A stretch of 64,000 nt of DNA, taken from the NCBI GenBank assembly GCA_019704295.1, contig AP024596.1, positions 160,001 through 224,000 of the forward strand, in the 5' to 3' direction. The notes under the pieces were generated by a model. It worked only from the letters and a program-made list of their open reading frames with translations. It searched no databases and was not told the DNA's origin. Positions 53,858-63,561 of this stretch are shown piece by piece; the stretch's first letter is position 1, and each line of letters starts with the position of its first letter. Origin of the DNA: Sulfolobales archaeon HS-7 (GTDB taxonomy: Archaea > Thermoproteota > Thermoprotei_A > Sulfolobales > Sulfolobaceae). Position numbers and translations under genes: made by a program.

Positions 53858-54114
53858 CCTAATATATCTTTAGTAGAATTTATCTCAACTGGTTAGAGTG
53901 GTTAGACGATCTCGTCTACTTTATCACTAATCAATTGAATTTCCCTCTTCCAAAATCTGTTAAGGTAGTTTCAATATCCTACCATTCTGTCATGAAAAGA
54001 AAAACTGCTTGGATTTACGAGCAGGGTAATTTATAGCAGGAAATTCTAATAATATGTGGTTACCTTCCTCAACCTTTTCACACCCTTCAAATTTAGCAGG
54101 GGATAACCTTTAGC

Positions 54115-55656
54115 TTAACTTCCTCTTTTCACATCATCTAGCAATGTCATAGCAGCGTTATAACCGGGAGCTCCAGTAACTCCTCCCCCTGGATGCGTGC
54201 CTGCTCCACATAGGTAAAGACCTTTAATGGGCGTCCTATATTTATTCATGAACTCAGTAGGTCTGAAGAAAAGCATCTGATCTGGAGTCATATCCAAGTG
54301 GAATATATTCCCTTCCCATATACCAAACCTCCTCTCTATATCTAAAGGTGTTAATACCTCATATTTTACTGGCCTGAAGTTCGGAGCGTATTCCCTTATT
54401 TCCTCAAGAACTGTTTGATAGATTTCTTCCTTCTTTTCATCTAATTTTCTTGAATACCGTAAATATTGCCCGAATATTGAAAACACGAAGTATCCGGAGG
54501 GAGCTAATGTTTGATCGTTTATATTTAGAATGTTTATTGACAACCAAGGTCTTTTGGAAAACCCAGTTGCTACAGCATCAGCGTAACTCTTCTCCAGGTG
54601 TTCTAGACTGTCTATGATCAGTATGGAAGAACCGTGTTCAGGAGAGAGGTTCTTACCGTGGCCGAAATCCGGGAGTTCCTCTAGATAGCCTACAATTTTA
54701 AAGGAAACTCCTTCAGTCTTTAATGAAGCGATCCTGTTAAGATATCTGGATTCAAGTTCAGCATTCCGCAGCAATTTCAGAAATGTGGTTTTCGGATCTG
54801 CATTAGACAGCACGTATTTTGAATTTATCACCTTACCATTATCGAGCTTTACGCCAACTGCCTTACCGTTATGCACCAAAATTTCGTCAACACGTGTATT
54901 CAAGAAGACGTCAACACCGTTTTCCTTTGCAGCTATCATCAAGGATTGCGTAACGCTCCCCATTCCCCCTTCAGGATACCCCCAGGCACCCTTTACTCCA
55001 TTAACTTCCCCTATAACGTGATGAGCTAAAACGTACGCCGTTCCCGGTGCTGAAGGTGGTGAAAACGTTCCTACTACCGAATCCTCCGCGAGAGCCGATT
55101 TTACCTCCTCGGATTCGAAGTACTCATTAAGCATCGACTTTGCGTCGCTCAAAACTACTCTTAGAAATGAAAGGGAATCCTCTTCATTTCCCATACCTCC
55201 GAAGAGATTTGACAACTGGTCAAGCTGAGGAGGAGGGTTTAACATGAAGATATCCGCTAGGTAAGAGAACTTTTCCCACAAATCGCTCCACTTAGCGTAG
55301 AACTCCGCATCCCTTTTAGAGTATTTCTCTATTTCCCTTTGAGTTTTCTTCAGATCGGACCAGATGTAAAGCCCTCCTTTTGATGTAGGTAAAAAAAGTC
55401 CTGGGTCCTTGATCTTAACCTTAAGTCCCCTTTGGTAAAGGTTAAGATCCTTAATTATCTTAGGTCTAAGAAGACTGAGCACGTAGGCACCAGTTGAGAC
55501 TTTAATTCCTGGCCACAGCTCCTCAGTAGTGCAAGCCCCACCTATGATAGGTCTTCTCTCCAGCACGGCTACCTTCATTCCGTTCATGGCTAAGTATGAG
55601 GCAGCAACTAAACCGTTGTGTCCTCCACCGACTATTATAACATCATATGAACTCAT
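54115..55656 (-). CDS. phytoene dehydrogenase-like (PYROXD2-type) FAD oxidoreductase
   Basis: GGGHNGL, GGACTTEE, GNIFH, LYLCGAGTHPGGGVTGAPG. Confidence 0.85.
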   Translation of the reverse strand: MSSYDVIIVGGGHNGLVAASYLAMNGMKVAVLERRPIIGGACTTEELWPGIKVSTGAYVLSLLRPKIIKDLNLYQRGLKVKIKDPGLFLPTSKGGLYIWSDLKKTQREIEKYSKRDAEFYAKWSDLWEKFSYLADIFMLNPPPQLDQLSNLFGGMGNEEDSLSFLRVVLSDAKSMLNEYFESEEVKSALAEDSVVGTFSPPSAPGTAYVLAHHVIGEVNGVKGAWGYPEGGMGSVTQSLMIAAKENGVDVFLNTRVDEILVHNGKAVGVKLDNGKVINSKYVLSNADPKTTFLKLLRNAELESRYLNRIASLKTEGVSFKIVGYLEELPDFGHGKNLSPEHGSSILIIDSLEHLEKSYADAVATGFSKRPWLSINILNINDQTLAPSGYFVFSIFGQYLRYSRKLDEKKEEIYQTVLEEIREYAPNFRPVKYEVLTPLDIERRFGIWEGNIFHLDMTPDQMLFFRPTEFMNKYRTPIKGLYLCGAGTHPGGGVTGAPGYNAAMTLLDDVKRGS

Positions 55657-55899
55657 TTGATATGATAATTAGAACCAGTTTTAAAGAGTTGAGGATTGAA
55701 ACCTTTTTATTAAAGAGACAGCGCGGCTAAAACAACGTCCCTTTACTTTAGTAGCTATCACTTATTTCCAAGAATACTCACTAACTACACTGACCATATG
55801 AGGACATTTATTCACATTCATTGTACTTCTTAAAAGAGACGAAATTTAATAAAAGAATCAAGGTGAACGCAATTGAACTGAGCGTACTTGCCTTATATC

Positions 55900-55933
55900 A
55901 AATCGTAATAGTCTAGAAATCGTAATAGTTTAG
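55900..55933. repeat. 17-bp tandem duplication
   Basis: AAATCGTAATAGTCTAG followed by AAATCGTAATAGTTTAG. Confidence 0.7.
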
Positions 55934-56009
55934 CGAAATTAATTTACAGGGGACAGGCGAACAACACTTAAAGAATTATCCAAGGCCGTTCTGACTATTT
56001 CCCTGTCAT

Positions 56010-56717
56010 ATGGATATCATGAAAGCCCTCGTTACTTATTCCGCTAATGAAATGCACCGAGTTCAAAACTCCGAACTTAAAGCTGTGGTTAAAAAGGTCC
56101 CCTTATACATTCCATTAATGATCCCAATATTTCAATCGTATTTCAATGAAGATGTGTTTTACTTAGTCTACATCGTCGTATTCGGCACCGACCTTATCGT
56201 TACTTACGGTATTAGATTGATGAGAAGGAAAGCGGGAGTCAAGAAAGTGGAGTACTCGACTTTTTTCCTCTTCATAGGAACGTTATTTTTAATTATATTT
56301 CTCTCTTACCTCTTTGGTTACTACTCTTATTTCACAGGAGTGGGAGAGTTACCCCTGGAGTTCTTATATGTTGGAATTTTCCTAATGATAGTAGGAGAGG
56401 CCTTCAGGATGTGGGGGATACTCACCCTTGGCAAGTACTTTTCCCCAGTAGTTACGGTCTACTCTGATCATAGAGTCATAACTCAGGGACCGTATAAGCT
56501 GGTCAGGCATCCGGCGTATGGAGGGACTATCATTCTGCTTTTAGGGGTGACCTTATCCTTAAGAAGTATTATCTCTCTGCTCTCGATCTTAATTGTAGTT
56601 GCCTTATATAACTACAGGGCAAACCTGGAGGAGAGTCTATTAACAGAGAATTTAGGAGAGGAGTACGTTAACTATAAGATTAAGGTAAGGAAGAAGTTCA
56701 TTCCTTATCTGTTCTAG
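56010..56717 (+). CDS. isoprenylcysteine carboxyl methyltransferase-family membrane protein
   Basis: LGKYFS, H.VIT.GPY..VRHPAY, EE..L. Confidence 0.85.
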   Translation: MDIMKALVTYSANEMHRVQNSELKAVVKKVPLYIPLMIPIFQSYFNEDVFYLVYIVVFGTDLIVTYGIRLMRRKAGVKKVEYSTFFLFIGTLFLIIFLSYLFGYYSYFTGVGELPLEFLYVGIFLMIVGEAFRMWGILTLGKYFSPVVTVYSDHRVITQGPYKLVRHPAYGGTIILLLGVTLSLRSIISLLSILIVVALYNYRANLEESLLTENLGEEYVNYKIKVRKKFIPYLF

Positions 56718-56829
56718 GAGTTCTTATGGGGGTATTATCGTAGTCTTCGAGTTAGCTTGATTATTTTATAGAGAAGTTACACTAATAAAATTCATAGAGC
56801 AACACTTTTGGTGAAACAACACTGATAAT

Positions 56830-57654
56830 TTGCCACTGAGAGCTAACAGTTATTATAATGACAAATGTGATGATAGTTCCATGGGGATACGGAAGGCTTA
56901 CTTGCATGATATTAAGGCTATGAGTCTGGTGTGGAGCGAAGCGATAAATTCAATTAATTTAAACGCTATTGAGAACACCTTTAACCTTTTCATAAAGTTA
57001 GGGGAATGTCTGGTGATAGATGAAAGTCAAGGAATAATAGCGACCTCCTGTTTCATCCCTTACGTTAACTCGTCTTGGATTGGAAATGTGGGAGTTAGCA
57101 AAAACTATCAACGAAGAGGTTACGGAAGGAAGTTGATGATTGAATTATTGAACAGAATAAGAACATCAGTTACAGGACTTGATGCAACGGAGGCTGGTTT
57201 CCCTCTTTACAGGGAACTTGGATTCAGGGAAGTTTATAATACGGTGATATACAATATCTCAGAAGTAGGAGAACAAGAGGTTAATGTAGGAGATCGGCTA
57301 GAGAGATGGATGCTAGAACTCGATAAAGAGGCATTCGGGGACGACAGATCGTTGCTTTTACAAGAACTAGTAATGTCTGGAGGAAAAGTAATTTCTTTAA
57401 GAGAAGGTTTTGGTATCATATATCAGAACGTATTGGGTCCGCTAATAGCAACCGACGAGGAGATAGCGGAAAGGCTGATTAGGGGGAGCGTCAGATTAGG
57501 AACTAGGACGATCATAACTCTGGAGGATAAAGGGAAGTTTTTAGCTGATATTGGAGGTAAGAAAACCCAATATGGATGCATTAGAATGATGAGAGGTAAG
57601 GAAATCGGGAATAAGAAACTTCTATGGTCGATTTTCAGATGGGCGTTCGGATGA
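56830..57654 (+). CDS. GNAT acetyltransferase (start probably ATG 56881)
   Basis: V..NYQRRGYG, LDAT..G.PLY..LGF. Confidence 0.85.
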   Translation: MPLRANSYYNDKCDDSSMGIRKAYLHDIKAMSLVWSEAINSINLNAIENTFNLFIKLGECLVIDESQGIIATSCFIPYVNSSWIGNVGVSKNYQRRGYGRKLMIELLNRIRTSVTGLDATEAGFPLYRELGFREVYNTVIYNISEVGEQEVNVGDRLERWMLELDKEAFGDDRSLLLQELVMSGGKVISLREGFGIIYQNVLGPLIATDEEIAERLIRGSVRLGTRTIITLEDKGKFLADIGGKKTQYGCIRMMRGKEIGNKKLLWSIFRWAFG

Positions 57655-57810
57655 ACGCTCGGATAAATAGGCGTCTCATTGTATTATAGGACGAGCTATA
57701 TTTTCATAAGATAGCGAACCATAACTCGGAATCTTCTTGAGATATTATAGACAATTGTCTATATACCGTTGTGTCACCTATATTTAAGCCTAGCAGACAA
57801 TAATGTACTT

Positions 57811-57882
57811 ATGATGAGCACTACACACAAAAGAGATATATCACTTGACGAGTACCTCACTCTAATGGCAGTGGAGATCTGA
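57811..57882 (+). other. candidate 23-aa leaderless small ORF (or small RNA)
   Basis: TATTTAAG at 57781, ATG at 57811; MMSTTHKRDISLDEYLTLMAVEI*. Confidence 0.35.
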
Positions 57883-57891
57883 ATGTAAACT

Positions 57892-58620
57892 TCATTTGAG
57901 GATTTCACTTTTAATTTTATTTATTAATTTTTTCTTAACGTTTAAGATCTCCTCAGAATTATACCTTCCGAGTTCGGTTATGAACTCATGGAAGGCGGAT
58001 AAGGGCGTTAAATCGAACAAAGGTATTCTAACTCCCCTAAGCTCCACTTCATGGAAATCCGGTGAAGGACCGTCTGATACCTTGAAGGATTCAAGTACAG
58101 CTATCTTCTTTCCAGGGAAGATCTTAGAAAGTACTTTTGTTCCTATTTTATTTACTAAGCCGTCAGTGTATACCCCATCTGCTCCTACAACCATGCACTC
58201 AATCCCCGACGAGAAGTACTCCATAGTCAGGTCTGGTACAAGAATAACCTCAGCGTATCTTGAGTATTCGTTGTATGCCATCTCAGTTTCATTACCAGGC
58301 TTTGACTCTAGAAGAACGACTCTTTTTATGCCGTTTTTTATTGCATGTAATACAGCATTACTGTAACTTATCGTAATCGCACTAGTACACCCAGTAGGGG
58401 GAAAAACTATGTTCTTAGCATAAGATTTAAGGTAGTTTAATCCGCTAGGTCCGAAGTTTTCATATACTTCTACTACTGTTTGGATGGAGGCCATACCCCT
58501 CCTCACTGTGAGTAATTCGCTAAAATTCCCTCCTTTCTCCAGGTAATCAATGGATTTAATTAAATACCACGAGGCACCGTGAACGTAATCTTCTTTCATC
58601 TCCTTTATGATCTCACTCAA
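57892..58620 (-). CDS. eIF-2B alpha/beta/delta-like (sugar-phosphate isomerase fold) protein
   Basis: HGAS, ESKPGNE, VGADG, NKIGT, FD.TP. Confidence 0.8.
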   Translation of the reverse strand: MSEIIKEMKEDYVHGASWYLIKSIDYLEKGGNFSELLTVRRGMASIQTVVEVYENFGPSGLNYLKSYAKNIVFPPTGCTSAITISYSNAVLHAIKNGIKRVVLLESKPGNETEMAYNEYSRYAEVILVPDLTMEYFSSGIECMVVGADGVYTDGLVNKIGTKVLSKIFPGKKIAVLESFKVSDGPSPDFHEVELRGVRIPLFDLTPLSAFHEFITELGRYNSEEILNVKKKLINKIKSEILK

Positions 58621-59875
58621 GGAGTTTCACGAGATACTTCATCTGGTTTATAATAATCTGGTAATCGTCTTTCCTTATATTCTCATTGAATGAGTGAATA
58701 TTCGAATCGTAACTATCAACGCCCACCCCGTCAGCAATTTCGGTAATACCCGTGTACTTAGCAACAGCTGCCATGGGTCCTGTTCCCGGACTATTCGGCC
58801 AGATCACAGGTTCAGTTGCATACGCTCTAAGAGCAGACTCCCTTACCGCCTTAGCGAAAAAGCTTGTTGGTGAAGTCCTGAAGGGTTCTTCCATACCGTA
58901 AACTACAACCTCCCCTCCCCATTTTTCAGCCAAGGGTTTCAAGGTCTCAAGTACCTCCTCCGGTGACATATCTGGTACCAGCCTGAAGTCCATTTTTACG
59001 AAACAGTAGGATGGTATTACCGTCTTACTACCCTGTCCCGTATATCCGCCGAAAATTCCCGCTATGTTACACGTGGGTTCCTCGACTAACTTCACGGGGA
59101 AATCATTGGGTATGCTTTGACCTAACGCTTCCTCCATCTTCCCCTTATCGAGTTTAAGTAATGACTTCTTCTGTTCCTCGCTTATTCTCCTTACCTTTGA
59201 GTAAAATCCAGTTAGGTTAACTTTTTCGTCTTTTTTCAACTCGTTTAAAAATGACGTCATTCTCCATACCGGATTGTCGGCTATCGGAGCGTACATTGAA
59301 TGCAGGTCCTTTGCCGTTTTGAACCTTATCTCGACGTAGAGAAGACCTTTAACTCCCAGGACGATCTGTGGGGAGTTATTCGACGCTCTTCCTGCTCCCT
59401 CCCATAAAAGGAAATCTCCTTTTATTACTTCGGCGTGCTTTTCCAGAAACTTTTTCATGTTAGGACTCCCTATTTCCTCCTCTCCCTCATAGAAGAAGAT
59501 CACGTTAGTCCTAAGAGTTCCTTCCTTAATCATATCCCTTACGGCCTGAAGTCTGGCTAGAAGGGTTCCCTTATCATCGGCAACTCCCCTTGCGTATATT
59601 CTATCTCCTTTTGTCACCGGATCGAAGGGGTTTGAGTCCCATTTATCCAATTCCTCCGCTGGTTGTACGTCGTAATGGTTATACACAACTAGAGTCCTCT
59701 TCCCCCCTACGTTGATTTTTCCAATTACATACGGATTGGGATTTTCCGGAATCTCCATGACATCCGCTTTTAACTCCAGTAGCTTGTCTCTGAGGAATTT
59801 GCCTGCCTCTTTTCCCTTACCTTTAGCTGAGGTTGAGTCCAGTTTGAGGAAATCAAATAGTTCGGAGAAATCCAA
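58613..59875 (-). CDS. M20 family metallopeptidase
   Basis: YNHYDVQP, ARGVADDKG, EGEEEIGS, HSFNE. Confidence 0.9.
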   Translation of the reverse strand: MDFSELFDFLKLDSTSAKGKGKEAGKFLRDKLLELKADVMEIPENPNPYVIGKINVGGKRTLVVYNHYDVQPAEELDKWDSNPFDPVTKGDRIYARGVADDKGTLLARLQAVRDMIKEGTLRTNVIFFYEGEEEIGSPNMKKFLEKHAEVIKGDFLLWEGAGRASNNSPQIVLGVKGLLYVEIRFKTAKDLHSMYAPIADNPVWRMTSFLNELKKDEKVNLTGFYSKVRRISEEQKKSLLKLDKGKMEEALGQSIPNDFPVKLVEEPTCNIAGIFGGYTGQGSKTVIPSYCFVKMDFRLVPDMSPEEVLETLKPLAEKWGGEVVVYGMEEPFRTSPTSFFAKAVRESALRAYATEPVIWPNSPGTGPMAAVAKYTGITEIADGVGVDSYDSNIHSFNENIRKDDYQIIINQMKYLVKLLE

Positions 59876-59876
59876 C

Positions 59877-62207
59877 TTACTTTCCCCTTAACTTGAGGAC
59901 TATATCCAGCATTTCCAATCCCGTCTTTATCCCTATCGTTGCCTCGGGCATATCCAGTGAGGTAAAGAATTTCCTCACCTCGTCTTCTTTAACCAATCCT
60001 AGGTAGGGGATCGCATAACCTAAGCTCCGCGCTAAGATGCCAGTAGCGTGGTACATTGCTCTTAACGTATCGAAATTGGCCTTTAACCACCTCCACGCCA
60101 CGTCCCTTCCGTGAGGATTGGAGGCCGCCTCCATGAAGTACCTAAATGCATCCTGTTTCTTAACCTCGCCAGAGAGGAGATATCCCAGGGCTAACGCTAA
60201 ATCCACTTTGTTTTTAGTGTTCATTAAACCGGCGAGGATCCTATTCCTATCCTCGTCCCCTATTGACTTCTTATACATCGATACTAACTTATCGTAAGGT
60301 TCATCCCCTGAGATGGCGTAACCGTTTACAATTGCCCTCCTTAATGCGGGTTCAGTTGTAAAGTACTCATCTATACTACTTGCCATCTCCTTCGCGTACT
60401 CCTCGTCTACTAAGGCTAGTCTCTGTGCTACTACTCCTTTGAACATCTTGCTGTTCTCGTCAGTTTTCCCCTCAAGTCGATTTAATTGATTTCTGTGGAA
60501 CTTAATGTAAACGTCCTTAACTTTTTCAGGAAATATTGCGTAGAGTGATGACAGCTGATCCGATAGAGTCCATGCAGGTAACCAATCGTCCTCACTTATC
60601 TCCTTTTCTACTACGGAAAGGTACTCCCTAAGGGAAACTCCTCCTTGATAGAGGAGTCCCATAATGTCCACTAGAACATTCCACCTGTCTTCTGGGGTTT
60701 TACATGAGGCTAGGGCAGCTTCAAAATTTGGATATTTGACTCTATAGAATCCCACTCCTCCTGCGTTTAACTTATACGGACGCTTGACAACGATCTTTTT
60801 CTCCTTCTCCTCGAGTAGAGTCGCGTGGAATTCCCCATCCGAGTAATAAGTTAGGGGGATAGGCCACACGTCATCCGTGTCCCCCTTGTAGAGGAATCTC
60901 CTTTGAGAAAGGTGAAGCTCATCCCCATCTTCCCTCACCGTTATGATAGGATGTCCAGCTTTAGTAATCCACTCGGTCATAATTTTGCTAACCGGCTTTC
61001 CTGAAGCCTTCTCCAAACTTTCCCATAATTCCCTGGCTTCGGCGTTAGAGAACTTATGTGAGTTCAGGTAGAGTCTAATTCCCTTCTTAAAGTCCTCTTC
61101 TCCTAAGTAACTCTCAATCATTCTTAAAACGCTTGCCCCTTTACCGTAACTTATTGCGTCAAAGATTTGTTCCAGCTCCTCCTCTTGCTTTACGTCAACG
61201 TGAATGGGATGAGTGGTCGTCAGGGAATCCCTGGCAAAAGCTCCACCCGTCTCGCTCATCATGAACTCCTTCCACGGAGTCCAATCGGGATATAGCGTCG
61301 ATATGGCCTTATAGCTCATAAAGGTGGCAAAGCTTTCGTTTAGCCAGAGATCGTCCCACCACTTCATCGTAACGAGATCCCCGAACCACTGATGAGCTAT
61401 TTCGTGAGCGACGACCTCAGCAACTCTTCTCCTGTTTAACTCCGCCGTGTTCTCGTCCACGAGTAACGCTGTTTCCCTGAATGTTATTGCTCCCCAGTTC
61501 TCCATGGCTCCCGCAGCGAACTCGGGAACGGCTATGAGATGCATCTTGGGTAGTTGATACGGAATCCCGTAATAATTCTCGTAAAATTGTATTACCCTCT
61601 TCGCAACCTCTAGAGCGAATTTCCCCTTATTTGCTAGACCTGGAGGCGTTGCTACCGTTATCTCCCTTTCACCGAGCTTATCAGATATTGTGTCGAACTT
61701 GCCGATTCCCAAATAGAGCAAATAGGTCGACATGGGAGGGGTATCGTGGAATAGGACGGTCTTTAAGTTTCCCTCTTCTCTCACCTCTTTCACTGGCATG
61801 TTAGAAATCACGTCGAGTTCCTTGGATACTCTTACAGAAAGCGAGAAGACGGCTTTTATCCCAGGTCTATCAATGCATGGAAACATCCTCCTAGCTCCTA
61901 TAGCTTCAAACTGGGTGGAGAACATGTAACCTCCCTTGTAGGGAGCCTTATAGAATCCCATCAAGTAGCTGGTAACGCTTCCGTCGAACTCAACTTCTAC
62001 TTCTTTCTCAACCTGTGTCTCCGCTACCAACTTCTTCCCGTCATATGAGAACTTAACTTCCTTCCCATCCACCTTTACGTTCTTTATGGCGAGGTCTACG
62101 GCATCAAATTCAACCTTTTCTCCTTTCATCTCAACCTTCACTCTACCTGAGTAAATTGCCTTCTCGAAGTTTACGTCTAGAAATAAATCGTATTTGCTAA
62201 CTTGCAT
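59877..62207 (-). CDS. M1 family aminopeptidase
   Basis: GAMENWG, HEIAHQW...NE, YGKG. Confidence 0.93.
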   Translation of the reverse strand: MQVSKYDLFLDVNFEKAIYSGRVKVEMKGEKVEFDAVDLAIKNVKVDGKEVKFSYDGKKLVAETQVEKEVEVEFDGSVTSYLMGFYKAPYKGGYMFSTQFEAIGARRMFPCIDRPGIKAVFSLSVRVSKELDVISNMPVKEVREEGNLKTVLFHDTPPMSTYLLYLGIGKFDTISDKLGEREITVATPPGLANKGKFALEVAKRVIQFYENYYGIPYQLPKMHLIAVPEFAAGAMENWGAITFRETALLVDENTAELNRRRVAEVVAHEIAHQWFGDLVTMKWWDDLWLNESFATFMSYKAISTLYPDWTPWKEFMMSETGGAFARDSLTTTHPIHVDVKQEEELEQIFDAISYGKGASVLRMIESYLGEEDFKKGIRLYLNSHKFSNAEARELWESLEKASGKPVSKIMTEWITKAGHPIITVREDGDELHLSQRRFLYKGDTDDVWPIPLTYYSDGEFHATLLEEKEKKIVVKRPYKLNAGGVGFYRVKYPNFEAALASCKTPEDRWNVLVDIMGLLYQGGVSLREYLSVVEKEISEDDWLPAWTLSDQLSSLYAIFPEKVKDVYIKFHRNQLNRLEGKTDENSKMFKGVVAQRLALVDEEYAKEMASSIDEYFTTEPALRRAIVNGYAISGDEPYDKLVSMYKKSIGDEDRNRILAGLMNTKNKVDLALALGYLLSGEVKKQDAFRYFMEAASNPHGRDVAWRWLKANFDTLRAMYHATGILARSLGYAIPYLGLVKEDEVRKFFTSLDMPEATIGIKTGLEMLDIVLKLRGK

Positions 62208-62243
62208 AAGCGTGTATATCCAGTATGAATAAAAGTTTAAGGA

Positions 62244-62377
62244 AGGATTTAGGCTTCATAGGATTTCATGACATCTCAATCCTGAGCCTGGAGTTCATTA
62301 AAGTCGCAGAGCTTTGTTCACTTGTCCCTTTAGGAACAACCCGCGCCTGTTCGTGAATATGGGGAAATCCCTACATC
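62244..62377 (-). mobile_element. orphan tnpB 3'-end / IS607 right-end remnant
   Basis: Minus-strand GATGTAGGGATTTCCCCATATT...GCGACTTTAATGAACTCCAGGCTCAGGATTGAGATGTCATGAAATCCTATGAAGCC aligns with 38773-38937. Confidence 0.75.
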
Positions 62378-62526
62378 GGGTGGTTTACGTCCCCTTTGCG
62401 AACTCAGTTTAATTCAGTAACAAATTTTATTCGATACTACCGCAATGACCAGGTATTTACCCTCAACAATTTACTGTATTTGTTCTTTCTCATAAATTAC
62501 AATTCCAAAGAAACATCGTATCGCTC
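62378..62526 (-). mobile_element. MITE subtype C
   Basis: Aligns with 36877-37037; degenerate duplication CTACATC/CCACATC at the flanks. Confidence 0.75.
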
Positions 62527-62594
62527 CACATCCCGTTAAGTCCTGGAAATTCCGCAAAGCCTAAAAAATATCGTTTAACATTAAATTTACCCTT

Positions 62595-62978
62595 TCATTT
62601 CATGATCTCTTTTAACGGAATAGCGTTAGCCTTCCTTATTAACTCTCTATCTTCTGATACTAAAACAAGTCCTTTTGATTCGGCAGAATACACATATGCA
62701 GCGTCGTAAAAAGTTAATCCCCTCTCTGAGGCGACTTTCATTACTTCTTCCAATGGAGGATCTTCCAGGACTTTAAGTTCTCTCATGAACTTTTGAAAAA
62801 GTTTAGCTACTGAAACAGGATCTTTAATCCTTTTATGCATATAGTACTCTTTCCATATTACGTTTCCCACTTCGTAGAAAGTCAAAGTTAATATGTACAC
62901 ATTATTTACATCAATTTTATCAACGTAATTCAGAATAGGGTATAAAGCGGACGTATCCAATAGGAATCTATCTTTCGT
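62595..62978 (-). CDS. vapC: VapC PIN-domain toxin (inferred ACG start)
   Basis: FLLDTS, YEVGNVIWK, LTFYDAAY, LVSED; frame open upstream of TTG 62960. Confidence 0.85.
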   Translation of the reverse strand, partial: TKDRFLLDTSALYPILNYVDKIDVNNVYILTLTFYEVGNVIWKEYYMHKRIKDPVSVAKLFQKFMRELKVLEDPPLEEVMKVASERGLTFYDAAYVYSAESKGLVLVSEDRELIRKANAIPLKEIMK

Positions 62979-63192
62979 TTCTATCCTCTCTAACTGCAGT
63001 TATCCAGTCTTCTTCTCTTACGTCCTTCATCAACTCCTTAATTTTAGTTGCAGTGTCCCTAAGTTCATCTTTTTCTTTTTGACTTATTGCATCCTCTAAC
63101 GCTCTCTCAATAACTTCTCTAACGTTAAGTCCCAACTCCTCTGCTCTTCTCTTTAACTCTCTCCTAACTCTTACGCTTATCACGTCCGACAT
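62968..63192 (-). CDS. vapB: RHH antitoxin (VapB/CcdA-like)
   Basis: VISVRV..ELK..AEELG.N, W...VREDR; palindrome ACGTATACGT just upstream. Confidence 0.85.
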   Translation of the reverse strand: MSDVISVRVRRELKRRAEELGLNVREVIERALEDAISQKEKDELRDTATKIKELMKDVREEDWITAVREDRNER

Positions 63193-63398
63193 AATTACGT
63201 ATACGTTAGTGACGTATATAAAGGTTTGGATTAGGAAGGTATATGATAATGTACGTAAGTTTCAATGCCTACAATGGTGGAAGTGTTTGTGATATATTCA
63301 GGTATAAGCTTAAGCTGTTAAGTTAACCGGGCACGGGTTACAATGTGTATACTCGTCAGTAAAGGCGTTTTATACACATTTACTACTCCCCCCATAAC

Positions 63399-63561
63399 AG
63401 GTGATTCACGTCTTCATCACTAATTCAGTATATTAAGGAATATGAAATGAATTTGATTAAATGTCATCGTAGGGACTAGGAGGGGATTGACACATAACAA
63501 TTTCCTTTATTTAATACCTATTTGCTATAATTACAATTCCCAATGGAAACCTGAATCGCCC
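63399..63561 (-). mobile_element. MITE subtype A
   Basis: Minus-strand GGGCGATTCAGGTTTCCATTGGGAATTGTAAT...GACGTGAATCACCT; 163 bp. Confidence 0.8.
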
